Positions 21,300 through 31,372 of a DNA stretch of 64,000 nt are shown piece after piece. The number at the start of each line of letters is the position of its first letter. The first letter of the stretch is position 1. The notes under the pieces were generated by a model that was given only the letters and a program-made list of their open reading frames with translations, had not been told where the DNA came from and ran no database searches. The stretch comes from Nitrosopumilus sp. GTDB lineage: Archaea; Thermoproteota; Nitrososphaeria; Nitrososphaerales; Nitrosopumilaceae. A program made the translations under genes and the position numbers. The stretch covers positions 2,080,001-2,144,000 of the forward strand of contig OZ252243.1 in the NCBI GenBank assembly GCA_965249555.1, given 5' to 3'.

Positions 21300-24074
21300 T
21301 TACGGGGTTGAATCAGTGGCAACTCTTACAAAGTTAGAATGCTCAGAATGGATAAAATCATTGATGGCTATGACACGAAAGACATAGGCAGTGTCAGGTG
21401 ACAGATGCTCAACAACATGTGTAGTATCAGAGCTTCCAGTATCAAAAATACAAATGTACAGATCATCTCTGCACAAAATAGTGTATCCAGTTGCTCTATC
21501 ATCATTAGTATCATCCCAGCTTAGTGTGACAGAGTTATGGGTTGTACCAGTAACTAGAAGATTGGTAGGTGCAAGTAGAGTGGTACTAATCTGTACATAG
21601 TTAGACTGCGGGGACTCCTCAATGCCATTGATAGATATTACACGAAAGACATAGACAGCTCCTGATAGCAGGTTCTCAACAACATGTGTGGTATCAGTGC
21701 TTGCAGTATCCTCAATACATGGCTGCAATGCATCTCCAGTAGATATGTCTCTGCACAGAATCTTGTATCCCGTTATGGAGTCATCATCAGCATCATCCCA
21801 GCTTAGCGTGACAGAGTTGGTATTTGCACCAGTAACTAAAAGACGAGTGGGGGTAGAAGGAAGAACAGGAGGGGATGAAACACTAACAGATACAGTAAAA
21901 CTTGTACTAGCTGAATTTCCAGAATCATCAGTTGCAGTACAGGTTACGATGGTAGTGCCAATGAAAAATGAATGGTCAGATGTATAGTCACAAGTGATAG
22001 TTACTGGGAAGATATCAGTAGCAACTGGTTCATTAAAATTTACAATAGCTGATGTGCTGGCAGTTGAGATGGCAATGTCTGCTGATGTACTGTCAGTTGA
22101 GATGGCAATGTCTGCAGGTATGGCAAATACGGGCTTTGTCGTATCATGAATTGTTACCATTTGGGTTGCACTTGATCTATTATTACTAGAGTCTGTCGCA
22201 TACCATATCACTATGGTATCACCTAATGGGAAGGAATTTGGCGCATCATGTGTGATTATTGGATTTCTATCCACAGAATCAATAGATGTTGCCTGGCCAA
22301 GTTGAGACGAAGATACCTTGGTAAATACATCAGTGGATTCCAATGTAACATCAGATGGCGCAGTGATGGTTGGCGCAGTCGTATCCTGGATTGTGATTGT
22401 ATTTGCAGTTGTTGCAGCATTTCCATTAGAGTCAACTAGCGTCCAGTTAATTACAGTATCACCTAGTGGGAAGGAATTTGGCGCATCATGTGTGATTGTG
22501 ACAGTAAAGTGATCAGTTGCAGAAGGGGTGCCATAGTCACTTTGAGATAGTAGTGTTGATAGTCCTGTTGCTTCAAATGTCATATCCTGTAGTATTATGA
22601 ACTGTGGCGGGATTGTATCTGCAATTATTATATCTTGAGATGTACTAGCTGGATTTCCCGAGGTGTCAACTGCGGTCCACGTTACTGTAGTGGTACCTAG
22701 TGGGAACTGCATTGGAGCATCATGTGTGATAGTTGTTGGAAAGATGTCAGTTACTGTAGGGTTTGATAAAGTCAGAACGGTAAAGTCAGACATTGCCTCT
22801 ATTGTAATATTGCTTAAACTGCTAATTATTGGTGCAGTGGTATCCCGGATTGTAATTCTTTGTACAGCACTAGATTGATTCCCAGAATCATCAGTTGCAG
22901 TCCACGTAACTAGAGTAGTGCCAAGTGGGAATGTACTTGGTGCATTATTTGTTATGTCTGGTTCTGCATCTCTGTTATCAGTAGCTGTTGCCTGACCTAT
23001 TTGAGATGCACTAATTGGTGTGAGTTGTGATGTTGCTTCAAATGTTTTATCACCAGGTAGAGTAATTACAGGATTTACATCATCAGCAAATAAAGTGACA
23101 GTAACATCAAATGATATGGTTGCAGGATTTCCTGCACTATCAGTTGCAGTACAGGTTACGATGGTAGTGCCAATGAAAAATATACTACCAGATGATGGGT
23201 CACAAGTTACAGTACCACTCTCATTTATGAGAGGTGTTGGAAATGATACAACAATACCAGTACCATCTGTTTGAGCAAGTACATCAACAACAGTGGAAGT
23301 AAAAGTAGGTGGTGTAGTATCTGTAGGTCGTGGAGGAGATCCTCCGCCGCCACTACTTACACGAGATATTAAGAGATTATCAACTTCTATTTTTTCACTA
23401 CCATTACTAGATTTTGCAACAAAACGGAAATTAGCTGTATCTTCTCTAATGTTGAGAATAAGACGAGTACTCATCCATTGATCTGTGTGTTGATTGTTAT
23501 TTTCAGTGTAAGATACAAGTGTAATCCAAGTATTTCCATCAACAGAATATTGGACGTATAGTCCTTCGTCCCGATCTACATTATCAGCAACATATCTATC
23601 AAAAGAAACATTTAGTCGCCTCGATGTATCTAAAGGTTGATTTAATGTAACTATACATTCTCTATCACAATTCTCAGAGTGTATGACCATATTAGTACGA
23701 CTATTTTCATTTGGTACATTTTCTTGAGGTCTATCTACTATCCAATTTCTATCACCTGACAAAGTCCAATTATTCAAATCATCAAAGTCATCAGCATATG
23801 AATTAGTTGGTGGAAGAATAGGATTAATTGGTTGTGGAGGAGTTGTAGTAACAGCAAATGGGAATTTGTCAATTCCATGTGTGCTAGAAAGTACAAAGGG
23901 CTCACCAGATAAAGTTATCAAAGTTCCATCAGAGCTTACAGTGATAACATAGTTTCCTGTCTGTGATGCATCAAACACAATAAACTCGTTATTTTGAATA
24001 TCAGATGTACTGCGTTTTATTGTACCGTCAGGATAAACTATCTTTAGATCATAATTATGAAATTGGCTAGGCAA
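21300..24074 (-). pseudogene. C-terminal part of an exoprotein (PPC-like, HYR repeats, FN3)
   Basis: NYDLKIVYPDG...NNEFIVF...TGNYVITV PPC-like start, no signal peptide; last about 1.9 kb nearly identical to the C-terminal part of 5059-10773. Confidence 0.7.
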
Positions 24075-24109
24075 AGAAACAAAAGGACTATCAATAGGTA
24101 ACGTAGCAT

Positions 24110-24589
24110 TTATAATTGCAAATTTAGGATGTTACTAGCCCCAACAACCGACTTTGCTTGACTCATTGTAAGACTTTGATCTTGTTGGAGCTCTAATTCA
24201 GGCTCATCTCCTAACTTGTAAATAAAATTAAAAGATGCCAACTCTGAAATTCTATTTATAGGGATATCTGCAGATACAAAATCTAATAACGTTGATACAA
24301 AAATATTTTCAGCATTCATATCTTTTAAAATTCCTTGTAATTGATTCTCATAGCCATCAATCACATTGATTAAAACGTATTGTGTCGGGATTGCTTGTGG
24401 TTCTCTAGTATCTGATGGACTCTTTTCATTTTGCAAGTCCAATTGTAGTTGTTCAATTTTCTCATAAAATCCTACATCAAACTTGTAAAGATTCTCATCT
24501 ATTGTGGCATCAGCTTGTTGAGATGTAAATGCAATACTTGGAATTAAGAGTGAAAAAAATAACATGACTGCTAATTTTTGTGTGAACAT
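24110..24589 (-). pseudogene. N-terminal part (signal peptide plus propeptide-like region) of the same gene
   Basis: signal peptide; FVSADIPINRISELASFNFIYKL resembles a subtilase propeptide; out of frame with the downstream part. Confidence 0.55.
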
Positions 24590-24777
24590 ATATTTATGAT
24601 GTGGATATGCTTGTCTATAAGAAATAATCGTTTTACGTCAATCATAAAATAATCAATCAAATACCACTATCAGAGAAACCTAATTTTTATCAAAAAATAC
24701 ATGAGGAGGATTCTTTTATCATATTTTAAAAATGGCCAAGGCAAAGTTATTTTAGATACAAAGGCGTATTTGCATAA

Positions 24778-25884
24778 TTGGGAAAATCATGGTTTTGTGC
24801 AGTTACAATGCCAGTTATGGCGTTAATCATACTGGCAATACCTGAAGTCTATGCAGAATTAGAATGTGAGGATCGTGCACTTGAAGATGGATTCCAGTAT
24901 CGAACAATTGAGCCATTAGACTATTCAATTACAGGTGGCAAATTTCATGGTCTTTGTGCAGAGCCTGATTATTTATGGTATAATATTAGTCTTGAAACCC
25001 AGGATGCAGGAAGTTTGACTATAACAATTCCAAAAGATCAGCTTGATCTAAAACAGTTTGATTATGAATCCTGTTATGCTAATGATTTGCATACAAATCT
25101 TGCGTTTGACAGAAATACGGCAGTAACGCAAATTGCACAGACTGATAACTCGCGCACTTTAAAGTTTGTCTGGAGTGAGCCTATAGACTATATTGATTAT
25201 TTTGGCACTTATGCAATTATTGATGGTGTTGATTATTCAGAGCCTAATTGGTGTATTGGTTTAGTTGAGAGTGGACAAAAAAGTGCAGAAATTCACATCA
25301 AAACGTTGGATGAGTTGTATGATGAGTATTGTTCTGGAGCAGAGATCATGCTAAATCATACACTTGATCATGGCACAGTTAAAAGATTCTGTAGTCCTTA
25401 TCACGCCGGATTTTTGATACATACACAAAACATTGATGCCGATGCAATTTTTACTATTGATGTTCCATATACAGTATTGCCGCTGGCCACAAATGAAAAC
25501 ATACAGAAATTTCGTCTAAAGTTGGATGATACAAGTATTCCACAGAATGAAACTGGGAATCTGATAACTCACCAGTATTTAGAGTATCAGACTTTGGAAT
25601 TTAATATGCCTAAAAGTACCAGTTATTCGTACTTGAAGTTTGCAGCTATGTTTACAATTGAAGCAAAAGATGACGGTATTGATCATGAATACAATCTAAC
25701 AATACCCTTGCTAGAAATTGAAGATACAGACAAGGAATCGCCATCTCACACTGAGACAGAAAAAATAGAATGCAGGTCAGAGTTCGTATCCCTTATGAAA
25801 TATGATAAAAGCAAATCTGTTTGTGTGACCCCTGCAACTGCAGAAAAACTAGTCCAACGGGGATATGGTTTTTTTGAGAGTTGA
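24778..25884 (+). CDS. secreted protein with C-terminal CVxPxTAEKLxxRG motif
   Basis: signal peptide; motif shared with 29056-29637 and 35883-36686. Confidence 0.7.
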   Translation: MGKSWFCAVTMPVMALIILAIPEVYAELECEDRALEDGFQYRTIEPLDYSITGGKFHGLCAEPDYLWYNISLETQDAGSLTITIPKDQLDLKQFDYESCYANDLHTNLAFDRNTAVTQIAQTDNSRTLKFVWSEPIDYIDYFGTYAIIDGVDYSEPNWCIGLVESGQKSAEIHIKTLDELYDEYCSGAEIMLNHTLDHGTVKRFCSPYHAGFLIHTQNIDADAIFTIDVPYTVLPLATNENIQKFRLKLDDTSIPQNETGNLITHQYLEYQTLEFNMPKSTSYSYLKFAAMFTIEAKDDGIDHEYNLTIPLLEIEDTDKESPSHTETEKIECRSEFVSLMKYDKSKSVCVTPATAEKLVQRGYGFFES

Positions 25885-26048
25885 TGTTATGATTTTGAAA
25901 ACCTAGAGCCTTCAAGACTGATATCTCAGTCATGATCAGTGAACAGTTCCACCCAAAGCAGATTACAGCTTATGACCATTCTTTTGGTGAGCTGAATTTT
26001 GGTTCCGGTACTGAATAGTTGCCCGGTGTCTTGGCAGTTTGCTGTATG

Positions 26049-26178
26049 GGCTCTGGTCAGTTCTGGTGATCTAGCATAGTTAATGGTCAAAAGTGACAAA
26101 TATGGATCTTCTCAGGATTGCCCGACCCCCTTGAAAAAACCCCTGGTCAAAAGTGATATAAAAAAAATTCTTGAATAC
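26049..26178. repeat. dispersed repeat, copy 2
   Basis: copy of 18000-18126. Confidence 0.8.
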
Positions 26179-27624
26179 AAGTCAGAATTTCTAAAAATAT
26201 GACCTGTACAATTTTGGTGATCCGTACTCAGAATTCTAAACAGATGTTTCTGACCTTTCTTGATAGGCTTTTTGTTTTTACCAGTAGATTTTTTGGAATT
26301 TCTTAGCCTTCAAGACAAAATTGATGAAAATTCTTTTGATCTTTTAATGGAACTAAAAAGAAAGCGTAACAAGTTCTATCATAATGGAAAGCCTGTAGCA
26401 AAAGATTATGCCGATCGCTGTCTCAAATATGCCATGAGGCTACTTGTTGAGAAAATTCATCCGTACATTCATTTATCAGATAATCTGATGCTTACCAAGG
26501 TAGCATAGAGAATAAAGTTAAAATTCTCACTCTATTATTCTATTTAGAAAATATGTTGAGACCTGATGACCTGTTCTATCAAATTAAACTAATTTCGAAT
26601 TTTCAAATGAATTGAAAAAAATAAATTAATTTCCAAGTAAAATTTAATTTTCAAACAAGGGGGGCTTGTCCTGAAATGATTAATTTTAAATTAAAATAAA
26701 AAAATTAATTTCAATCTAGTTCAAAATATCTGAATCAGGATCAAATGATTTGCTAGTAAAAAATTAAATTTCAATAAAAGAGGGCTTGGTAAACTTAAAT
26801 TTACGATATCAAGAATTAAATTTAAAGATCAGAAATTAATTTTAATGTGAGACTATTGAAATGATTTTAGAAAACACAGAAACAGTTGGATTAATTTAAA
26901 GTTAGAAAATCAAATGTGTCACTCTCAAGTACGGGGATAGAAAAATAAAATGTATAGAAAAGAAGAAGGGTTAAAGTTAATTGGACGGAGACAGAAAATT
27001 ATATAATTTTGAGGACTGACAGACTTTGCTAATAATTTTATCGTCTTTCTGGCTTGATGATTAGAGTATCTTTTGTACAATAAACATAAAATGCTTGGTT
27101 CTTTGATAAATTAAGTTCTCTTATGAATTTGATTGGTATTGTTACTCTCGTAGAGTAATACCTTTGGTTCTTGTACGTTTTGGTAAGTTTGTGTCGTATC
27201 TTGACTTGTGTGGAATCTTTGAGTAGTTTCTTGCGGAGTCAAATGATTCTAGTCTTTTTTGATGTTGTAGCATGTAGAATCACATTATCTTGTAGTGCCA
27301 ATTCTTGGGATATTTTGTAGGGAATAATAATGGTGTAACTGTCATGTCTTTGTATTCCGTAGTTTTCTTTTTTTGTTTTTGAGAACACTTGGAGTTTTGG
27401 CATTATATGATAAAAAAAAATTTGAATTTAAAGGCAGAAATTATCTATCTTGATTATTTCTTTGTAACCTCTGTCAAATGTTTGGCACAGGTTGTTTTGT
27501 ACTTTTCTTAGATGATTTGTGTTGTTGGCATCAATTGATAGTAACTACGATGATGAACCAAACTATCGTGTTTGCAAATGCTGAGAGTATTTGGTATTTC
27601 ACTGTCTAGCCAGCAACGATTATT

Positions 27625-27792
27625 TTACAGCATTATGATTTGTGAGACTTGTGGGGTTATTCGTAATTTTACTCCACAACATTGACATCTTAGGTTTGTA
27701 GTTTTGATTGTTACCTGACATGTTGAGCAACGCTTGTATCCTTTCTCATAGGAATATACAAATTTTGATGGTGTGTTTGGCACATTGCACAT
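27625..27792 (-). CDS. small zinc-ribbon protein (55 aa, not in the ORF track)
   Basis: YEKGYKRCSTC...RCQCCGVKLR, same pattern as the divergent neighbour. Confidence 0.55.
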   Translation of the reverse strand: MCNVPNTPSKFVYSYEKGYKRCSTCQVTIKTTNLRCQCCGVKLRITPQVSQIIML

Positions 27793-27821
27793 TTAATTAG
27801 GCTTGGCAGGTTTTTTTAGAT

Positions 27822-28037
27822 ATGCCTTGCAAGGGGATTTGTATCCGATATCGTGTAAATGGTCCACTTTCTGATGGACGATACGCTAATGGCAAGAAGC
27901 GATGCCAGATATGTGATATTTTCATAGACTGGGATGGACTGTACTGCCCATGCTGCCATTGTAAGCTAAGAGTCAAACCAAAGGGAACCAAAACAAAACA
28001 CAATCTAATGATACAACAGAATGTGAAGCGAATTTAG
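27822..28037 (+). CDS. small thaumarchaeal zinc-ribbon protein
   Basis: CKGIC...GKKRCQIC...CPCCHCKLR. Confidence 0.7.
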   Translation: MPCKGICIRYRVNGPLSDGRYANGKKRCQICDIFIDWDGLYCPCCHCKLRVKPKGTKTKHNLMIQQNVKRI

Positions 28038-28199
28038 AATCTTCAAATACCCTGTTGTGTATTGTACTATCATGAAGACATATTGCAAGTGTGGATGTGA
28101 GACTCCACTAACTGACTATGAGTATCGCAAGTTCTCAGGATACAAGCGAGGACATGAGCCTCTTCCGTAATGCAATTGTGTAAATTTCCTAAAATGTGG

Positions 28200-28330
28200 T
28201 TTTGCAAGAATTGTATTTACTAATCTGAATCCACACAGCTAACGCTAGGGTATAAAGATGCCATTATACCACGATCAGAGAATGCATGACATATGTAATT
28301 ATGACATTATTTTTTCAGATAGTTGTATCT
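28200..28330. repeat. 131-bp direct repeat, copy 1
   Basis: copy at 54121-54251. Confidence 0.85.
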
Positions 28331-28505
28331 GAGACTTGGGCATAATGATTTACAAAAAAACCAAGACTTTTCTCTAACAACAAAGCATTCTTTTCACAAT
28401 CCTTGGATTCTCACTTCCAATTACACAGACGTTATACGAAATCTTTTTCATATCTTGTGATGTATACCTACTGTTGGGCCTGAGAGTTGAATGGATACTG
28501 CCATA
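28331..28505. mobile_element. hybrid remnant: IS982/IS5-like right end fused to IS110 left end
   Basis: GAGACTTGGGCATAAT...aattacaca|gacgttatacgaaatc; same junction at 29877-30109. Confidence 0.8.
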
Positions 28506-28530
28506 TCTATGAAGCAGACCCTTACACAAG

Positions 28531-28803
28531 TTACTTTTCAATAATTGTCAAGTCAACCAAATTGTTACCAAGTCTCTTTTCAATGTCATGTGATGATATG
28601 ATAGCATCTTCCCAACTTGAGAATGTTTTTACCGCAGTATGATCATAACTTTTATCCTTTACAGTTTTGTTTTTAAAATTATACATTGAGAGCCGAGTTT
28701 TCTTGCATGAATCCTCGTTCATACAAGTCAATCTAAATTCAAAGACAGGTATTGGAATTATTTCTTTAATTTCACATAATAATGTATGTTCAAGACAATA
28801 CAT
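28531..28803 (-). CDS. hypothetical protein
   Basis: 90-aa ATG ORF, no recognisable family. Confidence 0.4.
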   Translation of the reverse strand: MYCLEHTLLCEIKEIIPIPVFEFRLTCMNEDSCKKTRLSMYNFKNKTVKDKSYDHTAVKTFSSWEDAIISSHDIEKRLGNNLVDLTIIEK

Positions 28804-29055
28804 TCATCCCATAAGCCCTCTCTAATTCTGTTTGGAATTGTTTGTTCTATTAACTGCTTTTCTATGAATATAGTTTTCATGATACAAATCATCTGTTTCA
28901 TTTAGATAGGATGTGGTGTAGAAGATGCAATCTACAAAATATTTACTTCTTGGGAAGATGCAAAAACAGCACTCAATCTGAGATAATTTTTCACCTTTCT
29001 TTTTTTACTACAAATTAATGGCGATTCTTTAATACTCTAATTAAAAAATATATTA

Positions 29056-29637
29056 ATGTCAAAAGTAACCATTGCACTATTTTTTAGTATTTTGTTACTC
29101 ATGATAGTTCCGGGAAACGTGTATGGTGATTTTACCTACGAGTCATGCATGCCAGAATTTGGCAAAACAAAGATGATGAAAAACAATGATGATACAGGAA
29201 GAATATACTGCGTATCTGTTTCTACTGCTGAAAAACTAGAAGAGAGGGGATGGGGTACTTTAAATCATAATTATTTTTTTGTTAAATTACAAATTCATGG
29301 AGGTAATACACCTTTTAGAAATTTTGATGATGTTATTTTCTTAGTAGATTATAAAAAACAAAAAGATATTTTTGATAAATATGAAAAAGATTGCCAGATT
29401 CAGGAACAAGAGATGTTTAAATCAAGTAAAAATAAAATAGATTGTTTTGTTACTTTTTATAATAATACTGTATTTTACTCCCCATGGCTAGCAGGAGAAG
29501 ATTCAAAAATAGAAAATTTTTGGGCACAAGGAATTATAACAATAACAGATAATAAAATTACATATTATTTTGAAAACAATAATGGAACTTACTGGGAAGG
29601 AAAAACAACAAGTTTAGAAACTTTTTATAAAAAATAG
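29056..29637 (+). CDS. secreted protein with N-terminal CVSxSTAEKLEERGWG motif
   Basis: signal peptide plus shared thaumarchaeal motif. Confidence 0.7.
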   Translation: MSKVTIALFFSILLLMIVPGNVYGDFTYESCMPEFGKTKMMKNNDDTGRIYCVSVSTAEKLEERGWGTLNHNYFFVKLQIHGGNTPFRNFDDVIFLVDYKKQKDIFDKYEKDCQIQEQEMFKSSKNKIDCFVTFYNNTVFYSPWLAGEDSKIENFWAQGIITITDNKITYYFENNNGTYWEGKTTSLETFYKK

Positions 29638-29876
29638 ATATGTTTAGTGCAAGCTAAACTCGTTTTGTATTAGTTCCCAAGGTATGATTACAGTGTGTCT
29701 TTGTTGATATGTATTTGTAGGATGATTTATTGGATTTGTCTTCCAATTATCAAATGTGTAATCGCATATTTTGTGATTGTTTTGACCCAATGTTGATCTT
29801 ACATCAATTGATTCGTTTTCAGTATCAAGTGGTGATTCATATTGACATATGTGTCCACTATGCATTCCAATTAGTT

Positions 29877-30109
29877 GAGGCTTGGGCATAATGATTTACA
29901 AAAAAACCAAGACTTTTCTCTAACAGCAAAGCATTCTTTTCGCAGTCCTTGGATTTTCACTTTTAATTACACAGACGTTATACGAAATCTTTTTCATATC
30001 TTGTGATGTATACCTACTGTTGGGCCTGAGAGTTGAATGGATACTGCCATGTACAAGGGCGTTTAACAGACTAACTCAAAGTAAGCGGAAAACAAAATAC
30101 CACATAGAT
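29877..30109. mobile_element. second hybrid IS982/IS5-like + IS110 end remnant
   Basis: direct copy of 28331-28505, cut at 30109 by the intact IS. Confidence 0.8.
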
Positions 30110-31251
30110 GAGACATGAGCATAATCCATTCTAATTTTTAACCGATTTCTCAAATTATTCAAATAGAAAAAGCCAAGGATCTCATTATGTTTTGTTCATT
30201 GGAATGATTACAAAACAAATAAAAATCCCTGACAAGATTCTATGTGAGTCATTTCTTATTAGTATTTTGTATCTGGTTGGAACACTATATCTGTATGAGA
30301 ATGCAGTGAGACGAGGACGGCCATATGTCTATTCAACTGTTCTGATGGTTCAGTTATTCATCGTAAAGTCATGGATGAGAATTCCAAGTAACAACACACT
30401 GCATTATTTTCTCTCAATCAAATGTACCAATGACAAATTACTCAAGGTTTGCAGACTAAACCAAATCCCTGACAGAAGGACAATTGACAGAAGATTTCAA
30501 TGCTTGCCAATCAATGAAATTATTAGCACTGTAGGAAATTTGTTTGTCTCAGAAGGATTGGTGAATAGTGAATCAGCATCAGTTGATAGTTCAATGCTAA
30601 AAGCTTCAGGTCCAGTATGGCACAAATCAGACATCAAAAAGAATCACCTACCAATTGCAGGAATTGACACAAATGCCAGGTGGGGATTCTCCAAATCAAA
30701 GGGTTGGGTGTATGGATACAAACTACACATGAGGTATAGTACGGGAAGACTAGTTGTTCCATTATCTGCATGTGTAACTGCTGCAAATGTCCATGATAGT
30801 AAGCCATATGAGAAATTGATTGGGTCACTTTCTGGATTGATGAATAACATACTGTGTGATCCGGCATATGATGATTCCAAACTATACGAGTCAACTAAGA
30901 ATAATGCCATGAGATTAATCTGTCCGGTCAAAAAATACCCGTCTACGCCGCCAGCCAGAATAAAGTTGATAGGGTTTTACAATTCAGCAGTTGGTCGGAA
31001 ATTATATTCTCAGAGAAAAATATCAATTGAACCACTCTTTGAAATAATCAAGGATACGTTTAACATTAGAACAGTTCCGGTGAAAGGATTTGAGAACGTA
31101 CAATCATTCGTGCTGATTTGTGTGCTGGTGTATCAGTTGGCAGTGTATTATAATTGTGTAATTGGAAGTGGGAATCCAAGGATTGTGAAAAGAATGCTTT
31201 GTTGTTAGAGAAAAGTCTTGGTTTTTTTGTAAATCATTATGCCCAAGTCTC
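30110..31251 (+). mobile_element. apparently intact IS982/IS5-like element (transposase about 30204-31208)
   Basis: TIRs GAGACATGAGCATAAT / ATTATGCCCAAGTCTC; VDSS, GWVYGYKLH, ANVHDS, DPAYD, R..IEPLF..IK DDE motifs. Confidence 0.88.
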
Positions 31252-31372
31252 AGTTATACAATTAACGCATTGCAAACATATAATGTAGAAGAAGGGTTAG
31301 TTGAGTGTTATAAAATCTCTTAATGCATGATTTTTTTGTGTAACTTAAATATACAGTTAGAAATGATTTTTT

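Noticed and set aside
21300-23180. Diversity-generating retroelement TR/VR pair among the duplicated exoprotein segments
   Set aside because: No reverse transcriptase in the window, and the differences do not look adenine-specific.
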